Below are positions 27,660-35,697 of a stretch of DNA of 64,000 nt, piece by piece. The notes below the pieces were generated by a model. The model did no database searches. It worked only from the letters and a program-made list of their open reading frames with translations, and had not been told where the DNA came from. Numbering within the stretch: the stretch's first letter is position 1; every line of letters begins with the position of its first letter. Source of the DNA: Nitrospinales bacterium (GTDB lineage Bacteria > Nitrospinota > Nitrospinia > Nitrospinales > VA-1); contig CBDCWG010000007.1 of NCBI GenBank assembly GCA_965223345.1, forward strand, positions 1 to 64,000, given 5' to 3'. The position numbers were made by a program, and so were the translations under genes.

Positions 27660-28733
27660 TCATTCTTCACTGGAATAGTCTTCACCGCTGATCTGCTCCA
27701 CCTGCTTCAAGCCGTCGGGAGACAGATCCTGAATGATCTCGACGAAATTCTTGCTCACCAGCCGCTTGGCCCGGCGCAGCAGGATGGGCAGCGGGCTGGA
27801 GGGTTCGTAACGGTCGTAGTAGTCGCAGATCTTTTCCAGGGCGGTCACCACGTCCTCGCGGCTTTTGATGTCTCCGGAGTAGGCCATGCCGTGCACCGAG
27901 GGCTGGCCGCCGGAAGATGCGGTCTCCCGGGTTCCGCCGTTGCCGTTGCCCGCCTGCGCTTGCGATTCCGGCCGGGCGTCGATCCTTTCCTGCAGGAATC
28001 CGTTCATCTCGTGCAGCGTTTTGTCGAGCGCGGAGAAATCCAGGCTTTTGCCGGATTCGATCTTGCTCTCGACGAGCGTTTTCAGATCCGCCAGCCGGGC
28101 GCGCGATTCCTGCACGCAGCGTTGCGTGTCGTTGAGCGCTTCCCAGGGCGTCTCCATGAACGCGCCGCGGATCAGATCGAGGCTGGAGACCTCGGGCGCG
28201 CCGTCTTCATCGCCGGACTCTGCGGTCCGGATCTCGCCTTTGGCCATCTGCACGTCGCGGAACGAAAACCGTCCCACGCCCTTGACCTCGACCAGCGGCT
28301 GGCGGCGCAGGTCGTCGAGCACCGAATGCGGGTGGCACAACGATTCCAGCGTGTTCAAACGCTGGGTGGGATCGTTGTCGTCATCCGGGTCCAAGAGCGG
28401 ATGCAGGCTTTCCCAGTAGCGGTCTGCAAGCCCGTACAGCAGATCGAGCGCATCGCGGAAACCGGGCAGCCCCTCCTGAATGGTGCGCGCCTGGGTGAGA
28501 TACACGGCCACGCGCAGGTCCTTGGTCTGCGCGAACAGATCCAGCGCCTGCTTGTGCGCGGTTTTCCAGTCGGACTCCTTGACGCCGTTCTGCGAGGGGT
28601 GCACCTTCTGCTTGATCCAGTCCTCGGAGCATTTTTCCAGTTTGAGAAAATCGCCGTGGCTTTCCAGATCCTCGCCGCAAGGCGAATCGGGAGTGATTTC
28701 CGCAAGCAGTGACTCGATGTTCAACGGTTCCAT
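27660..28733 (-). CDS. tssA: T6SS TssA (short, ImpA-N type)
   Basis: PDSPCGEDLE, TKDLRVA, YWESLHP, SREDV...YEPSSP; ATG at 28733 after GAGGTG RBS. Confidence 0.92.
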   Translation of the reverse strand: MEPLNIESLLAEITPDSPCGEDLESHGDFLKLEKCSEDWIKQKVHPSQNGVKESDWKTAHKQALDLFAQTKDLRVAVYLTQARTIQEGLPGFRDALDLLYGLADRYWESLHPLLDPDDDNDPTQRLNTLESLCHPHSVLDDLRRQPLVEVKGVGRFSFRDVQMAKGEIRTAESGDEDGAPEVSSLDLIRGAFMETPWEALNDTQRCVQESRARLADLKTLVESKIESGKSLDFSALDKTLHEMNGFLQERIDARPESQAQAGNGNGGTRETASSGGQPSVHGMAYSGDIKSREDVVTALEKICDYYDRYEPSSPLPILLRRAKRLVSKNFVEIIQDLSPDGLKQVEQISGEDYSSEE

Positions 28734-29170
28734 GCTCACCTCAAAGCGATTTCGGAAACCTGAAAAAAGAGCGGCCAGAAACCAGGAAAAAAAATCCAGA
28801 ACAAAAACGGAGCCGTGGAAATAAGCGGGGGGGATTATTTCCAAATATCTAATTTTTTGGAATTTATATGCGGAAGTGTAGCAAGGAAAATTTTTTTATC
28901 AAGCAGAATATTTCAGAGAGCCGATTTTTTTGCCGGGCAAATTTCGCCATTCGAAACGATCGAAAAGGATGGAATGCAAGACGGGATGGGGATTTCCGCA
29001 GATGGAGGGGAATAAAAACACCGGCGCAACTAAGAGCGAAAAAAATGATTCTTTTTCGCTCTCCAGCTGAAATGTTTAAAGTGAACTCTCGTTTTTTTGC
29101 GGGAAGTGCGCTTTTTTAGGAAGTAAAACCGATCTTTCGCAACGGGGTGTGCGGCCGCAGCCCCGGGGAC

Positions 29171-29560
29171 TCAGGGTTTGGAGCTGGCGGAAGAGGAACC
29201 GAGTTTTTTCTGCGCCAGTTTTTGGGCGATCTCCCGGTCCAGCGTTTCCAGGTAGGCCTGCTCGAACTGCTTGAGGTCTTCCTGGATTCGGTATTTGAGC
29301 AGGGTGGCCATCCAGTAATCGGAGAATTGCTTTTTGCAGCCGGTCAGCACCGCGTCGCGGATGACGCCGGCGTCGTCGCTTTCGGGCAGGTTCTTTTCGA
29401 GCGCGGCTTCCTGGCAGCGCTTGAGATCCTTGGACGCGTTGCTGTATTTTTTTTCAGGCGCGATCGTTTGCGGCGCCTTGGCGGCTTTCACTTTCGATTG
29501 GCTGCTCGAGCACCCTGCAAATAAAATCAGGGCGAGGAGGCAGACGGCCGTTTTCAACAT
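29171..29560 (-). CDS. Small lipoprotein of unknown function
   Basis: Lipobox LFAGC, AGGAG RBS, 129 aa, two further Cys. Confidence 0.7.
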   Translation of the reverse strand: MLKTAVCLLALILFAGCSSSQSKVKAAKAPQTIAPEKKYSNASKDLKRCQEAALEKNLPESDDAGVIRDAVLTGCKKQFSDYWMATLLKYRIQEDLKQFEQAYLETLDREIAQKLAQKKLGSSSASSKP

Positions 29561-29674
29561 GAAATTCTCCTGAACGAAATGGGACGATGCAGACCTTTCA
29601 ACGCCTTATCGGCATTTTTGTCAATAAACTGAACTGTTTACGTGAAGCCTGATCAAAAAAACCGGGGGTTCCGC

Positions 29675-30166
29675 TCAGCGGATGCGGGCCGTCACCCGCA
29701 TGCTCCCGGTGTACAGGCCGGGGTTCTGGTTGGTTTCTGTACGCACGTTGATCAGCTCCCCGCCGATGAGAACCGCGTCGTCGCCGCCGGTGGCCGTGAA
29801 CCGGCACCTCCCCTGCCCCAGCACGCCGCCCGGCCCGATGCAGTTGCTCTGAAACCGCATTCTGGGGCCGGGACCGTTGACATTGCCGTTGCGCACGCGC
29901 ACCTCCACGGTGTCGCCGGCGTTGGCGCGCACCGTCACCAGCCCTTTCTGCTCGCCGTTCAGATGCACCACGCTGCCGGTCACACTGACGTTGCCGTTGG
30001 CGGGCAGCACCACGGTGCCGCCTGTGGGCCCGGCGGCGAAACGGCCGAACGAAAGCCGGTCGATCTCGGTCACGGGGATGCGCTGGGCCTCAGCCGAATC
30101 CACAACCAGTATCGGGATCAAAACGGCTGCCAGCAGCAGCCCTGTTTTTAAAAATGACGTTCGCAT
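29675..30166 (-). CDS. DUF4402-like putative pilin subunit 2
   Basis: Signal peptide AEA-Q; LSFGRF; C-terminal NQNPGLYTGSMRVTA; paralogous to neighbour. Confidence 0.7.
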   Translation of the reverse strand: MRTSFLKTGLLLAAVLIPILVVDSAEAQRIPVTEIDRLSFGRFAAGPTGGTVVLPANGNVSVTGSVVHLNGEQKGLVTVRANAGDTVEVRVRNGNVNGPGPRMRFQSNCIGPGGVLGQGRCRFTATGGDDAVLIGGELINVRTETNQNPGLYTGSMRVTARIR

Positions 30167-30185
30167 TCAATCGTTACGTTGGATG

Positions 30186-30235
30186 AAAAAAAAACGCGGC
30201 CCCGGGACGGAGGCATCACCCCTCCGCCCCGGCAA
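30186..30235 (-). terminator. Intrinsic terminator-like hairpin between the two pilin genes
   Basis: Minus strand CCGGGGCGGAGG-GGTGATG-CCTCCGTCCCGG followed shortly by a run of 9 T. Confidence 0.65.
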
Positions 30236-30246
30236 ACCGCTGTGCG

Positions 30247-30780
30247 TTACGGGATGATGTTCGCCGTCACCGCGACGGTGCCCGCGTACACATTGGATTC
30301 CTGACTGGCATTGACCGTCAGGACGCCACCCACTTCCACACTCTGCGTGGCGCCGTTGGAAACGTAGGTGCAAAACGAATCCAGCCCGCCGGTGGCTCCA
30401 CCCGGCCCCTGGCAGTTGGCCTGCAGCAGCATGGGCTGACCGGGACCGGACACCGGGGTCAGATTGGCGCCGGTCACGTCCACGCGCACGTTGTCGCCGC
30501 TCGTCAGACTGCCGGACACATCGACGACGCCGATCTGCTCGCCGCCGAGCAGGGTAATGCCCGCTCCGGCGGAGATGGTGCCGCCGGCGTTGAAGGTCAC
30601 GCTGGACGCCGAGCCGTCGGTGCCGAAACGGCCGAAGTTCAGGCGGGTGTCCTCGGTCACGGTGAGGACGGTGACCACTTCCGCATCGACGCCCAACTGG
30701 GCGTGAGCGGTGCCCACCCAGGCCGCCGCCGACACGAGCGGCAGCAGCAACACGCTGAGTAATAGTTTCTTGAGCCTCAT
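30247..30780 (-). CDS. DUF4402-like putative pilin subunit 1 (probable major subunit)
   Basis: Signal peptide AHA-Q; LNFGRF; C-terminal VGGVLTVNASQESNVYAGTVAVTA; strong AAGGAGGAG RBS. Confidence 0.75.
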   Translation of the reverse strand: MRLKKLLLSVLLLPLVSAAAWVGTAHAQLGVDAEVVTVLTVTEDTRLNFGRFGTDGSASSVTFNAGGTISAGAGITLLGGEQIGVVDVSGSLTSGDNVRVDVTGANLTPVSGPGQPMLLQANCQGPGGATGGLDSFCTYVSNGATQSVEVGGVLTVNASQESNVYAGTVAVTANIIP

Positions 30781-30825
30781 GATTCTCCTCCTTCTTTCAA
30801 GTTGAACAAGCCTTCAAACTTCAAA

Positions 30826-33180
30826 TCATTGCCACTGTGCGGCGCGCACAGGGTGTTTGGGATCGATTTGAATGTTCGCCAGACGTTCTCCGGAACGCAG
30901 GGAGTACTTCCCGTACCGGAGTTTTTCAAACACCACGAAACCATCGAACTCGCTGTACTTGGATTCGATGACGCGGTCTTCCTGCATCAGTTCCACGAGC
31001 GCGCCCGGTTCGGACACCGCTTCGATCTCGCCGGTCTCCCAGACCGGCATGTCCACCACCACGGGCTGGCCGGGATGCGGACGCACGTTGAAGGCCGGCG
31101 CCGCCACCCAGAACGGATCGATCAGCGATTTTTCGTCCACCTGGATCGCCGTCAACCGGTACGGCGGACGCTTGAGCGTCGCCAGGCCGTTTTCGTCTGT
31201 GGTCTGCGCGCCCCCGCGCACCAGACGCGCGCCCTTGATCGGTTCGTCGCCCTGGTTGAACACGCCGTCGTCGTTTTTGTCGATGAACACGCGCACATCC
31301 ACCCGGCCCACATTGGTGGCCGGCTTGCTGGCCATCTCGTAGCTTCCGGAGGAAGACGGCGACAACGAAAACGTCACCGACGCCACCACGCGGAAGTCCT
31401 CGCTGGAGGAATGGCTGCCGGTCAATCCCAGCGCGGCGCGTTTGACGTCCCAGAACACGCCGGAGCTCACCGCGTAATCGTCGTTGCCGTTGACGGAGCG
31501 GCTGGCGTTCAGCCGGGTGCGCAGATCCTCATCGATGCGGTAATCGGCGGTGCCGGAAATCCGTTGCAACTCCGCGACCGGTTTGACGCCGTAATCGAGC
31601 GTGCCGCGCAGCAGCAGGTCGCGGGTCGGGCGGCCGGAAGCCAGCAGGCTGCCGCGCACGACCTGCTCCCCGTCGATGTTGGCGACGAGCCGGTTGGTGA
31701 GCAGCACATCCGCGACGCTTGCGGAGGTGCGGCCCGCCAGTTCGTAAAACGTGCGGCCACGCGTGGTGGTCTCGCGATTGGCGGTGATGCCGGCGGACAG
31801 CCAGCCGAACCAGCGGTCCAGCCGCACCGAATCGCGGCGTTTCAGTTCGCGCTCGCGCTCGGTTTTGAGATCGAAAAACTCGATGTGCTCCACCTGGACG
31901 CCCAGCCCCATGATCTGCCGCTGCACGCCCAGTTGCAGTCCCAGTCCGCCGCCGGTGCTGGTGATCAGGTCGAGCTGTTCGGATGCGCCAAAATACGCGC
32001 CGCGCAGACCGAGCTTGCCGAACAGTTGCTTGCCCTCGCTGGGCACCGGCAGCGACACCAGCGAGGCCGCCAGCGTCAGCTTGGAGGTCAGCCCCGCGTA
32101 CACATCGCCGGTCACGCGCAGGTCGCGGATGTCGTCGCGGGTCAGGCTGTCGCGGCCGGTGAACAGGGTCTCGCCCTGGTCGATCATGCCGACGCTGGCC
32201 CACACCCGGCCCTCGGGAACCATGTGGTTGCCGATGCGCACGCGGCGGCGCGTTTCCCGCACCTGCCCCTGCGGGCCGTAAAACCTGAGCGTGATGTCGT
32301 TGTCGCCGATGAGCAGCGGCACGTCGTCGAACACGAAGCGGCCGGTTCCGTCGTCCTTTTTGAAATCCAGCAGCGTGTCCTTGCGGTACAGCTCCACCTC
32401 CCAGCCCGGTTCCAGATCGCCTTCGATAGTCTCGGTGTCGAACTTGGAACCGCGGTCGATGGGAAACGTGGAAAACAGATAGCCGCGGCCGGCTTCGCCG
32501 CGCGCGATGAGGTCCACCGGCGGCGCGAACACGTCGCCCAACCGCAACGACCAGTCCGGCTGCACGCGTTCCCAGGAAACGCGCAGCGAATCCAGCTCGT
32601 CCTCCGCACCGATGGCCTGCAACCGGGTCAGGCCGTACAGCCCTTCGGAAACCCCCGCCAGCGAATAGGAAAACTGCTCGCTGCCGTTCTTTTCGTAGAC
32701 GGCGGCCACATCCACGGCGGGAAGCCCGAACAGTTTGTACGACAGCGGCACTTCCGGAAGATCGTCGCCGGAACCGAGCGCCAGATACTTTTGCAGGCGC
32801 TCCCGCTCCCAGCGCTGCTCGATGGGAAGCCGCCCGCGCCCCTGAATGAGCAGAGCCTGGGAACGTGGCGCGAATTCGAAACGCGCGGGAAACAGCGTGC
32901 CGAGCGCGCCGACGGCGGACCACTCTTCCGCGGAGTCCGGAACCTCACTTTCCAGCAGCCTGGCGATTTCCTGCGTGCGCACGTACACGTTGCCGTCCCT
33001 TTCCTGGCCCTCGATGATTTCAGCTAAGGTCTTCTGATTCAGTTTCACCGCCAGCAGCACCGCCTCTTCGGAGAACGCCATCCCTTTCCACAGGCACAGG
33101 GCGAGCGTGACGCCGCACAAGGCGGCCCACTTGCTTCGCCGGGCAGACGTCTCCTGTTTTCGTGTGCGGAAGCGGTGCAT
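30826..33180 (-). CDS. Usher-like outer-membrane beta-barrel protein
   Basis: Signal peptide, 784 aa, beta-rich; plug-like GWEVELYR...GDNDITLRFYGPQGQ; C-terminal VFIDKNDDGVFNQGDEPI Ig-like domains; between chaperone and pilin genes. Confidence 0.7.
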   Translation of the reverse strand: MHRFRTRKQETSARRSKWAALCGVTLALCLWKGMAFSEEAVLLAVKLNQKTLAEIIEGQERDGNVYVRTQEIARLLESEVPDSAEEWSAVGALGTLFPARFEFAPRSQALLIQGRGRLPIEQRWERERLQKYLALGSGDDLPEVPLSYKLFGLPAVDVAAVYEKNGSEQFSYSLAGVSEGLYGLTRLQAIGAEDELDSLRVSWERVQPDWSLRLGDVFAPPVDLIARGEAGRGYLFSTFPIDRGSKFDTETIEGDLEPGWEVELYRKDTLLDFKKDDGTGRFVFDDVPLLIGDNDITLRFYGPQGQVRETRRRVRIGNHMVPEGRVWASVGMIDQGETLFTGRDSLTRDDIRDLRVTGDVYAGLTSKLTLAASLVSLPVPSEGKQLFGKLGLRGAYFGASEQLDLITSTGGGLGLQLGVQRQIMGLGVQVEHIEFFDLKTERERELKRRDSVRLDRWFGWLSAGITANRETTTRGRTFYELAGRTSASVADVLLTNRLVANIDGEQVVRGSLLASGRPTRDLLLRGTLDYGVKPVAELQRISGTADYRIDEDLRTRLNASRSVNGNDDYAVSSGVFWDVKRAALGLTGSHSSSEDFRVVASVTFSLSPSSSGSYEMASKPATNVGRVDVRVFIDKNDDGVFNQGDEPIKGARLVRGGAQTTDENGLATLKRPPYRLTAIQVDEKSLIDPFWVAAPAFNVRPHPGQPVVVDMPVWETGEIEAVSEPGALVELMQEDRVIESKYSEFDGFVVFEKLRYGKYSLRSGERLANIQIDPKHPVRAAQWQ

Positions 33181-33194
33181 GCGGATTCATTCCC

Positions 33195-33740
33195 TTACAG
33201 TTTGTGATCGATGAGTATGGGAACGGTCACGCCGTACACGATGGTCAGCTTGAGCTCCACCCCCTCCCCGGCTCCCGGCTGCGAATCCTTTGGGGTAGCG
33301 GGAGGGATAGCCTGCACCAGCAGCCGGGCGGTGTAATCCCCCGGTTTAAGGCCGGTGGGCTTGCGCACCAGGATGCGCACGATCTGCGATTCACCGGGGT
33401 CCAGCGAAATGCGGCGCGGACTGAAGCGCACCCATTCGGAGGCATCGCGACCCGGGTCCGAATCCAGCGGGGCCACCATTTTCAGACGATACGTGGTTCG
33501 CTCGGCGGCCTGGTTTTTCACGGTGATGGTTTCCGAACGCTTGCGGCCCCCCATCTCCAGTTTGCTGGGCGCGATCAAAAGCCCCTCCCCCACGACGCGG
33601 GACTGGCCGAATGCGGACGCCGCAACGATCAGGCTGAACATAAGAGCCAGGCCCCCGCACCCGGCTTTGAGGGGACTGAAAACGGGTCTGCTTGCGTGTT
33701 TGGCGGTCAAATGCACTGTAATTCCTTCCGTTAAAACCAT
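33195..33740 (-). CDS. PapD-like periplasmic chaperone (single Ig domain)
   Basis: LLIAPSKLEM, ITVKN, WVRFSPRRISLDPGESQIVRILVRKP, GDY; start uncertain. Confidence 0.7.
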   Translation of the reverse strand: MVLTEGITVHLTAKHASRPVFSPLKAGCGGLALMFSLIVAASAFGQSRVVGEGLLIAPSKLEMGGRKRSETITVKNQAAERTTYRLKMVAPLDSDPGRDASEWVRFSPRRISLDPGESQIVRILVRKPTGLKPGDYTARLLVQAIPPATPKDSQPGAGEGVELKLTIVYGVTVPILIDHKL

Positions 33741-33795
33741 AACGCGTTGTATTTATTGCCATAAACTTCGAAACGCGTGTCAGGGTTTGTACTAC

Positions 33796-33812
33796 AGCAG
33801 GAACCATGCCAA
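33796..33812 (-). promoter_or_regulatory. sigma54 -24/-12 promoter of chaperone-usher operon
   Basis: Minus strand TTGGCATGGTTCCTGCT (GG-N10-GC); IHF-like AAACGGGTTGATT at 33840-33852. Confidence 0.7.
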
Positions 33813-34439
33813 TTGTAAATGTAACTCTCTGCCCCCGGGAAACGGGTTGATTTTCCGGGCTTTGGGATCCGTCCGGTGAACTTGCGGCAGCCAAATGCGG
33901 TTTTTCCACCTTTTTGGGCAAATTTATAAAAATTTACACAGAATTCAGCGGAGCCTGAGGGGAGCTGTCATAGAGTTTTGACCCAATAAAAACAGTTCTT
34001 AAACCAGCATTTAGGAAAAAACGAATGGCACCAAGATTTACATGCACACTTTTATCGCTTTTTTGTGAACCGCCCGGTTCACCTTTTTTGACCAGAAACA
34101 CCCCGAAAACCGGGGCCGCCGGGTGGCTGGGATGGGAAAATTGGTCCCGGCAAATTTTTCCCGTTTTGCGGGCTGCAGCCGGTGAGCGTATTCATCTGAA
34201 ATGGGAGGGGTTGGTGCAGGTAAACGCAATCAGTTGGGGACGTTGCAAACGGGCCGGCACAACCCGACCCGGATGCGGAACACAGCGGGCAGAAAATGCT
34301 ATTTTTGTGCAGGGAAAAATCCTATATTAAACAGTGTGTCATCAAGAGCCTCCCCTCCGGTCCCCCGGCTTTCGTTGCACATCGTTCAGGGAAATGGAAT
34401 AATTTCTTTCATCTGCACATGCAACCGAGGAGCTGGCTT

Positions 34440-35660
34440 ATGAAAAAGAACACAAGCGGACTATTTTCGGACCGAATCCCCCTCCTTCGCCGGGCAACGG
34501 CGCGCAGCACTGTTTTCGGCGCAGTCACTTTCTGGATCTTTTGTGTTTTGTTCACGGGAACCGGCCTCGCCGCTTCCGCCTCGATGCAGACCGCATCCGC
34601 ATCCACGGGCGCGTTCCCCCAGTGGGATCAGGCGGTCGGGAATTTCGTGAAGCAGATCGTGAGCCAGGTTCCCAGCGGGAAAACGGCCACGGTCGGTGTC
34701 GTCGATTTCAAGGAGATGCGGCACAACCGGGTGACGGATTTCAGCGCCCGCTTCAAGGAGGATTTTCTCGCGCACCTGGCCCGGTTCGACGGCGTTCAGT
34801 ATAAGGCCGTGGATTTTTCCAAAGACGCCGCCTCCCCGTATGAAGCGGCCCGGGAAGCCAAGCTGGATTATTTCGTGCGCGGCTTTTTCCGAAACCGCAC
34901 CGGCGGCCTCGACGTCTGGTCGCAACTGGTCGATGCGGAAACCGGGCGCATCGTGTCCTCGGAATCCACCCGCATCGCGGGCAACGCCATCGCGGCCCCC
35001 TATCTCGCCATGCTGGACACCCGGCAGGACGATGAGGCCGCCTACCGCGCGTTCGGCAGCGCCGCCAATTACGAAGACGCTCTGGAAGACCTGCTGCGCA
35101 TGAAACCGATGAGCACGGACCTGCCGGTCAAGATCTGGACCGAGAAAACCGAGTATAAGATCGGCGACACCATCAAGTTTTTCGTGAAGGCCGAGAGACC
35201 CTGTTACCTGGTGCTGTTCGACGTCAGCCCCAACGGCGACACGACGGTGATCTTTCCCAACGCCGACTCGCAAAACAATTTCCTCGTGGAAAACGTGACC
35301 TACCAGATTCCACCGAAAGACTCGGGCGTCGTGTTCAAGGTGCAGGGCCCGACGGGCCTGGAACGGTTCAAGGCCATCGTGTCGCTGACGCCGGGCTTGC
35401 CGCTGGATCTGAAACGCAACCAGCGCTTTTACACGTTCGATAAAAACTCGCCCAGCGGCAGCCGCGACATTCAGTATCTGGTGAAGACGTTTTCCGATGA
35501 AAAGCGTTCGCAGTGGGGCGAGGCTTCGATGGAGATCCTGATCCAGGACAAGCCCGAGACCTTCATGCGCGGCAAGGGGATCACGCTGGTGGACAAACCC
35601 AAAAAGCCGATGGATATCATGGGAACGATGGGTAAGGAAGAAACCAGACCCGGGGAGTGA
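34440..35660 (+). CDS. Exported FlgO/CsgG-like + DUF4384 domain protein
   Basis: GAGGAG RBS; signal/TM segment; VGVVDF...LDYFVRG...QLVDAETGRIVSS; LPVKIWTEKTEYKIGDTIKFFVKAERPCYLVLFDVSPNGDTTVIFPN. Confidence 0.72.
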   Translation: MKKNTSGLFSDRIPLLRRATARSTVFGAVTFWIFCVLFTGTGLAASASMQTASASTGAFPQWDQAVGNFVKQIVSQVPSGKTATVGVVDFKEMRHNRVTDFSARFKEDFLAHLARFDGVQYKAVDFSKDAASPYEAAREAKLDYFVRGFFRNRTGGLDVWSQLVDAETGRIVSSESTRIAGNAIAAPYLAMLDTRQDDEAAYRAFGSAANYEDALEDLLRMKPMSTDLPVKIWTEKTEYKIGDTIKFFVKAERPCYLVLFDVSPNGDTTVIFPNADSQNNFLVENVTYQIPPKDSGVVFKVQGPTGLERFKAIVSLTPGLPLDLKRNQRFYTFDKNSPSGSRDIQYLVKTFSDEKRSQWGEASMEILIQDKPETFMRGKGITLVDKPKKPMDIMGTMGKEETRPGE

Positions 35661-35697
35661 TCGCGGGGAGGATGTTTACTGCTGAATGTGTCGCGGG

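Noticed and set aside
34025..34045. sigma54 site TGGCACCAAGATTTAC
   Set aside because: No GC at the -12 position
34205..34300. c-di-GMP riboswitch-like words (GGTAAAC...GGGACG)
   Set aside because: Lacks the GAAA tetraloop/GCAAAG arrangement and convincing stems; an Rfam scan would settle it
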